Positions 1 to 6,992 of a stretch of 6,992 bases of DNA are shown here, piece by piece; position 1 is the first letter of the stretch, and every line of letters starts with the position of its first letter. The notes below the pieces were generated by a model. It saw only the letters and a list, made by a program, of their open reading frames with translations, was not told where the DNA came from and did not search any database. Source of the DNA: Octopus sinensis (taxonomy: Eukaryota); NCBI RefSeq assembly GCF_006345805.1, contig NW_021829113.1:1-6992 (forward strand), read 5' to 3'. The translations under genes and the position numbers were made by a program.

Positions 1-186
1 ATAAACTTCCAACTGTTCTTTCAGTTCACAACATGCATTCATTAAATTTTTCCTCTTTGTTAAAAAGCCTTTTCACCCATCCCGAAGTACTTTTGTTATA
101 AACTTGTTCTTACAGAAATAATACCAACATCTTCCACCTTCATCTTACCAGCCCATATACTTTACCAATATCTGTATTTGAATATG

Positions 187-229
187 TCCTTACCCGCTTT
201 CATCTCCTTACTCGCTTTCATCTCCTTAC
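187..229. repeat. 18-bp tandem repeat, about 2.4 copies
   Basis: TCCTTAC-CCGCTTTCATC / TCCTTAC-TCGCTTTCATC / TCCTTAC, with units starting at 187, 205 and 223. Confidence 0.85.
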
Positions 230-536
230 ACACAGATTTTTCACTCTACCCACCTAACACTCAACATACAGAACCTAACATAAACACTTACACAACTGGA
301 GCACCCTTTACTCTTATTTTCCAGTGCACTATACTTCCACAGTTGCAATCCTCTTTACACAAATACAACACTTCCCCATATGCTCAATTCCAGACACATA
401 TACACTATTATACTTATATTAACATACCATTATTTCCGACTTAACTACCCCCATAAGCCAATATTGCACCCTCTGTGGTTTCTGACTCATCTTCTTCTAT
501 CTCGTCTTTTTCTTAGTCACTCAATGAATCTTCCTT

Positions 537-608
537 TCTTTCTTCTGATGAAGAACTGACGTCCGAAACGTTAATATTTTTTCTCTTTTCATTATAGCGT
601 TGAGCAGA
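537..608 (+). ncRNA. Putative type I hammerhead ribozyme motif (Penelope-like-element type), slightly degenerate
   Basis: Core CTGATGA at 545-551, one extra A at 552, stem II G553-A-A-C556/G561-T-C-C564 with a TGAC loop (one A.C mismatch at 554/563), GAAA at 565-568. Stem III is A568-C-G-T-T-A573 paired with T595-A-G-C-G-T600 (6 bp, one G.U). Cleavage triplet G599-U600-U601. Imperfect stem I between 537-544 and 602-608 (GAGCAGA). Confidence 0.7.
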
Positions 609-672
609 TATCTTACTTACCAAACTCCGTACCTCCTGTGCTGTACTGTTTGTTGTTTATTGTATTCACACT

Positions 673-814
673 ACAACACACACACACACTACACACTCGC
701 ATTATCACATATACACACATATTATACTTAACACACACAATACAACACACAGACACTCACATATATGTATATATATATATTTATATATTATATACATAAA
801 TGTATATATGTATG

Positions 815-848
<34 letters not shown>

Positions 849-1000
849 ATATATATATACATAAGATATATATATATACATATATATATTATATAATATA
901 TATATATATTCTATATACATATATATATTATATATATATATACATACATATATACATCCACACAGATTTACGCATGCATATACATGCATATGTAACTTAG
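673..1000. repeat. Compound degenerate (CA)n then (TA)n microsatellite
   Basis: CA-rich at about 673-760, interrupted (TA)n at about 761-957, then ATGC/ATAC-like decay. Confidence 0.95.
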
Positions 1001-1350
1001 AAATGTAGATACATTCACATATACCTATATAATACGTATACGCGCATATGGTAACAAAAAACTAAAGAGACAAAATTATAGGACGATTTATACAAAGAAA
1101 TATACAATGATGTGAGTAAAAATGTGCATAACCCCATTCACCTGACGAATATTCATGCATACGTGCGTATATTTGTATGTATTGCCTGTATGAGGGTATT
1201 TGACTAGGCGGGGTGTATGCTGGCAAAGTACCGTGAAAGAATGTTAATTTTTGGATAAATGCTGTTTGACAACGTGCGTCTGTGAGTTTCATTCTCCGCA
1301 TCTTATACATTTGTTATAGAGTTCGCAAATTCTATGCGCAAATTATTCAC

Positions 1351-1425
1351 AGAGGAAGGAGAGGTAGGTAGACAGAGCGATAGAGAGGCAGATAGAGAGA
1401 CAGACAAACAGATAGACAGACAGAC

Positions 1426-1493
<68 letters not shown>

Positions 1494-1659
1494 ATAGACA
1501 GAGAATTGGATTGATAGATAGACAGAGAGATAGAGAGACAGACAGACAGGTAGATAGCTGGCTAGCTAGCTATCTAGATAGATAGATCGACAAACAACCA
1601 GGGTAACAGAAAAACAGAGAGTGAGAAGTAGATAGATAGACATATAGATAGATAGATAA

Positions 1660-1704
<45 letters not shown>

Positions 1705-1752
1705 GAAATAGATCGACAGACAAGCAGGCTAACAGAAAGAGAGAGAGAAGGC

Positions 1753-1822
<70 letters not shown>

Positions 1823-1925
1823 GAAGTCAGACAACCAGGCAGATAGATAAGTATATGGCAAGATAGGGAGATAGAAAAATGGAGAGATAGACAGATATAT
1901 AGATAAAAAGATAAGTAGATAGATG

Positions 1926-1963
<38 letters not shown>

Positions 1964-2041
1964 GAAATAGAGAGAAAGCTATAGGTATATAGGCAAGTAA
2001 GTAGGTAGGTAGATAAAGAGATTGACAGACAGTCAGACAGA
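1351..2041. repeat. Compound (GATA)n/(GACA)n tetranucleotide array with an embedded (AT)n run
   Basis: Purine-rich plus strand; (AT)n at 1428-1464; longest perfect run (GATA)17 at 1754-1821. Confidence 0.95.
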
Positions 2042-2072
2042 TAGTAGTGGTAGTAGCAGCAGCAGCAGTGGC

Positions 2073-2104
<32 letters not shown>
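2042..2104. repeat. (TAG)n/(CAG)n trinucleotide microsatellite
   Basis: tagtagtggtagtagcagcagcagcagtggcagtagtag...tag, all in one phase. Confidence 0.95.
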
Positions 2105-2444
2105 AACGAGTGCGAAAAAATGAACGACGGAGACATGACACACAGGCAGACAGACAAAGAGAAACAATGAGCGGTTGTTCTCTCTATCGTCACAACCCTT
2201 CTACATTCTACGTCCACAAGAAGAAGAATATTTTGCTGATAGATTATGAAACCAAAAGCTCTTAAGGCTGATTCTTTGGTGCTTTTCTTTTTAAATTTAG
2301 TGATTTCTTAACCTTCCTTGAAGCAATCTATAAGCCATAAATGTCTGTGACAGAAGCGACCTTTCCAAAATGGTGATGCATTAAAACTGCCTCGGCTTGT
2401 CAAAAGCCCGCTCTTTTTATTAGTCGGCATTTTTCTCCCAGCTT

Positions 2445-2646
2445 ATATACATGCATAAAAACATACATGCGTACATTCATACATACATACGTACATACAT
2501 AAATACACATGCATACAAATATGTATGTATATATGTATATATGTCTGTGTATTTATATATATATACGTATATACACACATATATATAGTTATGTATATAG
2601 GCATATATGCATATATATACATACATATATGTGTATATATGTATAC

Positions 2647-2677
<31 letters not shown>

Positions 2678-2905
2678 AAGATATGTATTTATATATCTAT
2701 ATATATGTATATATATGTATATATATATATACATAAATTTTTATATAAGTAAATATTAAATGAAATAGAGTAAAACAATTGACAATATTTGTATGTATCT
2801 ACATACAAACATACATATATATATATATAGATATGTATATATGTATATATATATGTATATATGTATATATTTGTATATATGTATATATGTATATATATGT
2901 ATATA

Positions 2906-2955
<50 letters not shown>

Positions 2956-3008
2956 TGTATACGTATATGTTATATATATATATATGTATATGTATATTGT
3001 GTATATTT

Positions 3009-3082
<74 letters not shown>

Positions 3083-3125
3083 TATATACACCAATATGCA
3101 TACATACATGTATACTACGCATGCA
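2445..3125. repeat. Degenerate (TA)n/(TACA)n/(TATG)n microsatellite block
   Basis: Almost continuous alternating purine-pyrimidine sequence, with a short non-repetitive spacer at about 2750-2790. Confidence 0.95.
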
Positions 3126-3239
3126 TTGCCTTTTCCGTAGCTTTTATACTTGTTGCTACAAATTTGCTACGGATTTTCTATAAGTTTTGTTTCTTTGTCA
3201 TCGTGATTTGCTTTTGAAGGGTCTAAGTCTTCGACACTC

Positions 3240-3830
3240 AACCACACACACACATATGCACACACAAACGCACACAAGTCATCTACACACATAAATCACC
3301 ATATACAGGGTCTCCTACCTTCTCTTTCTCTCTCACTACATACACACACACACACACATGTATATGTATATATATATATATATGTATATGTATATATATA
3401 TATGTATATGTATATATATATGTACATGCATGCGCATATGTGTGTATATATACATATATATATTTACATACAAGTATTACATACATACATAAATATACAT
3501 ACATGCATAAATATGTATATGTGTATATATATATATATATATACATTATATGTGCATGCATGTACATAAATATATACAAATGCTAGTTTAAGCACTGCCA
3601 ATTTTATTCATATATATATACATATATTCATAAATGTGTATATGAATATACAAATTTTGCGTCTGTATACGCGCATCCGCATACATACATGCATACATAC
3701 ATACACACACTCAAACATGTGTGCGCGTTTATACATATCTGTTTATATATGTGTGTGTGTGTGTATGGATGTATGTATATATCTATACACAGCATACACA
3801 CACTCACACCCGCGTATTATATATATTTAT
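3240..3830. repeat. Degenerate (CA)n/(TA)n/(TG)n microsatellite block
   Basis: Alternating CA, TA and TG runs with short interruptions. Confidence 0.9.
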
Positions 3831-3949
3831 TCAGGAAACATCTATTATGGACAGTAGGTTACATTCAATGCATTTTATTATGTTGTAATATTTTCGGGTT
3901 TTGATTTTTATTTTCAATATTATTGTCCTGTTATATTTATTACATACTG

Positions 3950-4100
3950 AAATATGCATACATGCATGCATACCCATACATACATATTACATACGTGCAA
4001 AAACATACATACAGATATATATATGTATATATATATATGTTTATATCGGCATATATGTATATATGTGTAAATATGTGTATATATATGTATATATGTATAA

Positions 4101-4176
<76 letters not shown>

Positions 4177-4200
4177 TTATATACGCATGTATGAATATAC
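3950..4200. repeat. Degenerate (TA)n block containing a perfect (TC)17 run followed by (AT)15
   Basis: TC run at 4106-4140, immediately followed by a perfect AT run at 4141-4170. Confidence 0.95.
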
Positions 4201-4294
4201 GTATGGACTATTGCTAGAAAATGTCCGCTAAAAACGTTCAGTATCGCCCCGAAACCGATCATGGATGTAATTGGAGACATTTTATGCTCAAGGT

Positions 4295-4505
4295 AAAACA
4301 AAATAAAGCAAAAAACAAAACAACAAAAAACAAAAAAAACACATAAATAATAAAAAGAAGAAAGAAAAACAATCGCAAGCAAGAATAATCAAAATGCCAC
4401 AAAAAGAACCCAGAAAATAGAATAAGAGGAACGAGACAAAAGGAAGATAAACCTTTATGAAAAAAAAAAAAACAAAAAACAAATAAGGTAAGCAATAAAA
4501 AATAC
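4295..4505. repeat. A-rich low-complexity region
   Basis: Multiple A tracts (aaaaaacaaaacaacaaaaaacaaaaaaaac..., A run at about 4459-4472). Confidence 0.8.
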
Positions 4506-4511
4506 TCATAA

Positions 4512-4905
<394 letters not shown>

Positions 4906-4981
4906 AGGATGATGTTGATAATGATAACAGTAATGATCATGATGGTATGACGATAAAAATAGTAGTAGTAATATTAGTATG

Positions 4982-4982
<1 letters not shown>

Positions 4983-5014
<32 letters not shown>

Positions 5015-5158
5015 CATTATTACTATTTATATTATCATTATGATTATTATTGTTGCTGTTGATGTTGTTGCTTTTACCCCGGTGGCAAATAAAGGAAATC
5101 ATCATTCTCACCACCACCAACCACCACCACCACAACCACCACCACCACTACCACCACC

Positions 5159-5190
<32 letters not shown>

Positions 5191-5198
5191 TATCATCA

Positions 5199-5273
<75 letters not shown>

Positions 5274-5307
5274 TTATTATTATTATTATTACTACTACTA
5301 CTATTAC

Positions 5308-5349
<42 letters not shown>

Positions 5350-5376
5350 CATTATTATTATTATTATTATCATCAT
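4983..5376. repeat. Compound (ATT)n and (CAC)n-(CAT)n-(TAT)n-(TAC)n trinucleotide arrays
   Basis: (ATT)n at about 4983-5050; CAC at about 5109-5172, CAT to about 5201, TAT to about 5242, TAC to about 5272, then TAT/TAC/CAT to 5376. Confidence 0.97.
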
Positions 5377-5632
5377 AACGAGGGCCCTGTCACATTTTGA
5401 AGACCATATCATTGGAGTATTCGGACAGTTGTGTCAAAATAACTGCCGTATTGTGTATCCTTTCGTTTTTGTGATTCTTAATGGCTGTCGACTTGTGTAG
5501 TGTGTAATGTTTGACGGATACAATATCTTGCTGGGGCTTTTTTTATGTTCTTCCTTATCTTGCGTTTAGTGCCGTCTGTATTCTACTTGAGTTTGCTTTT
5601 TAATCCTTTCGTCTAGTTGTCTATATGAATTC

Positions 5633-5658
5633 AATAAATAAATAAATAAATAAATAAA
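5633..5658. repeat. (AATA)n tetranucleotide run, possible SINE tail
   Basis: aataaataaataaataaataaataaa directly adjacent to the SINE-like body. Confidence 0.9.
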
Positions 5659-5906
5659 ATCACTCTATTGTCCAGAGGATGTTGTTACGCATCGCTTGTC
5701 ACAATGCGCTTTTCTCGCATCGTTTTTAACCTTCTTATGATGCTACCTTACTGGTTAAATATTCTGTTAGGCTAACACTGCCCCTGAAGGGGATACCTAT
5801 TTACAGCTGAATGGACAACAATAACGTGAAATGAAGTGTTTTGTTCAAGAACGCAATATGCCATCGGTCTAGAAACCGAAACCGCGATTTTGCGATCTTG
5901 AATGGC
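5633..5906 (-). mobile_element. Degenerate, 5'-truncated tRNA-derived SINE remnant
   Basis: The minus strand reads ...cattcaagatcgcaaaatcgcGGTTTCGGTTTCTagacc (decayed Pol III B box, 5883-5871). Next come tgcgttcttgaacaaaacacttcatttc (similar to the widespread SINE motif tgtgtccttgagcaagacactt) and ccattcagctgtaaataggtatccc, and a possible (ATTT)n tail at 5633-5658. No A box is recognisable. The family resemblance to octopus SINEs is from memory. Confidence 0.65.
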
Positions 5907-6641
5907 TTGCTGAGTTTCGGGAGTTTGTATATCTATGGTGTTCCTGACTGATCACTTATCGCCAAACACTACATCAACACTGGCCGCCTGTCCACATTGT
6001 GCCAGAAATATGAATACAAAGCAACAAACAACAGCATCCCACCTTACCAAATTCTTGTGGAACCAGCATATAAAAAAGCCTGTCAAATACTATGCGTTTA
6101 TTCTTTTGACCCGATCTGTTTTAAAAGTGATACATATATCGCTGTCTACCTTTCATCTCCTAATGACGGATATCTCACTCAAAATATCTGCCAGAGATAT
6201 TTTATCTCCAATCATGTTTAGATGAGATAAGATATCCTATTGCATTTTTTCCAAGACAGTTACAGCGTTAGGCCCTAGTCCATGGTACGAAACATCGCCA
6301 AGCTTTCGATCTTTCTGCAAAATGTTCCATATCGAGAGTTCTGTTTTGAAACAACGCTAACAAATGCCAGTTTTTGCTGTCCATGTTTACACTCGAAGCA
6401 ATATACGCACGCTTTTGTTAATATTGTTTTAAAATGATTTCCCCTCACTCTGGTTAAAATATCTATTTTCTTTTAGTTCGTGTTTGCTGATATTTTGAGT
6501 TGTACATTAGTATTCTGTTACTGTTTGTTTTCTCCGCATGAAATGTATTATGTAATGGAGTTTTATTAAACGTTCCTTCTCAATTTTCTTTTGGGGTTGA
6601 GCGTGGAGTGAAATTTCAGATAACGTAGTCCTTCATGTGTT

Positions 6642-6689
6642 CTTTTATTCTTTTATTCTTTTATTCTCGTATTCTGTTATTCTTTCATT
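6642..6689. repeat. 8-bp tandem repeat CTTTTATT, 3 perfect and 3 degenerate copies
   Basis: Units start at 6642, 6650 and 6658 (perfect), then 6666 ctcgtatt, 6674 ctgttatt and 6682 ctttcatt. Confidence 0.9.
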
Positions 6690-6900
6690 TTTTAAAATTG
6701 TTTCAGTCATTTCACTGCAGCCACGCTGGAGCACTGCCTTGAATGGTTTTAGTCGGACAAATTGACCCCTGAACTGATTTTCTTTTAAGCCTAGTATTTA
6801 TTCTATCTGCCTCTTGTGCCGAACCACTAAGTTACGAGGACGTAAACGCACCAACACCGGTTGCCAAGCGGTGATGGGGTGACAAACACAGACACACGCA
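6642..6900 (-). mobile_element. 3' half of an octopus-type SINE with an 8-bp tandem-repeat tail
   Basis: The body gtttcagtcatttcactgcagccacgctggagcactgccttgaa...gccgaaccactaagttacgaggacgtaaacgcaccaacaccggttgccaagcggtgatggggtgacaaacacagacac resembles, from memory, a very abundant octopus SINE. The tail (CTTTTATT)n at 6642-6689 reads (AATAAAAG)n on the minus strand. The tRNA-like head is not in the window. Confidence 0.7.
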
Positions 6901-6946
6901 CATATATACATACAATATACGTATGTATATATATATATATATATGT
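6893..6946. repeat. Short (CA)/(TA) microsatellite
   Basis: cacacgcacatatatacatacaatatacgtatgtatatatatatatatatatgtg. Confidence 0.9.
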
Positions 6947-6992
6947 GTAGGGGGAATTCACGTTTTTACGTTTCGAGCCTGTGCTCTTCCAC
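6945..6992 (-). mobile_element. Truncated or deleted hammerhead-like terminus of a probable Penelope-like element
   Basis: The minus strand reads GTGGA-A-GAGC-ACAG-GCTC-GAAA-CGT-AAAAA-CGTG-AATTCCCCCTACAC. It has a perfect 4-bp stem II with a tetraloop (6986-6975) followed by GAAAC. The core is cut off by the window edge and deviates from CUGANGA. Confidence 0.5.

Larger units (their letters stand above)
1..675 (+). mobile_element. Probable terminal (pLTR/3' UTR) remnant of a Penelope-like retroelement
   Basis: Contains the hammerhead motif. Upstream sequence is strongly G-poor and C-rich (20 G in 181-480 by hand count). It ends in GTATTCACACTACA (662-675) directly before a CA/TA microsatellite, resembling the end of the motif at 6945-6962. 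No RT or GIY-YIG coding remnant was recognisable, so the left boundary is unknown. Confidence 0.45.

Noticed and set aside
178-444. 88-aa ORF upstream of the hammerhead motif
   Set aside because: It starts at TTG, is explained by G-poor composition, and has no recognisable RT or GIY-YIG motifs.
1142-1148. CTGACGA, a second perfect hammerhead core heptamer
   Set aside because: It is not followed by a stem II plus GAAA, and no stem III or cleavage triplet could be built.
1324-1344. Direct repeat CGCAAATT x2
   Set aside because: It is an 8-bp repeat with no further structure and is compatible with chance.
3134-3173. 8-bp inverted repeat TCCGTAGC/GCTACGGA with a 24-nt spacer
   Set aside because: It is short enough to occur by chance and does not extend on either side; bacterial-type terminators are not relevant in this eukaryotic context.
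800-4194. Numerous YI/IY/LSIY/poly-T/poly-V ORFs in the supplied track
   Set aside because: They are translations of TA, GATA and TAG microsatellites, which lack stop codons in some frames; there is no protein-like complexity.
4485-4493. Strong splice-donor-like AAG|GTAAGC
   Set aside because: It sits in an A-rich low-complexity stretch with no plausible upstream exon or acceptor.
5952-6221. SLIAKHYINTG peptide in the second open frame, faintly like the Penelope GIY-YIG 'AxHxxxTGH' segment
   Set aside because: The terminal His and all other GIY-YIG motifs are absent; the similarity is too short to support.

Overview
AT-rich, non-coding eukaryotic DNA, largely made of degenerate microsatellites (TA/CA, GATA/GACA, AAT/ATT, CAC/CAT/TAC) separated by short unique spacers. 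From memory, the repeat families resemble octopus (cephalopod) genomic repeats; this is an inference I could not check. No protein-coding gene is supported, and most ORFs in the supplied track are microsatellite translation artefacts. The most interesting signal is a type I hammerhead-ribozyme motif at about 537-608 (+): CUGAUGA core, stem II, GAAA, stem III and a GUU cleavage triplet. It has the architecture of the ribozymes at the ends of Penelope-like retroelements. A second, truncated hammerhead-like motif with a variant core lies on the minus strand at the right edge (6945-6992), and both end in a similar terminal motif that abuts a microsatellite. There are also two SINE-like remnants on the minus strand (about 5633-5906 and 6642-6900), a weak degenerate BED-zinc-finger-like ORF segment (5983-6069), and several structured patterns inside the microsatellites.
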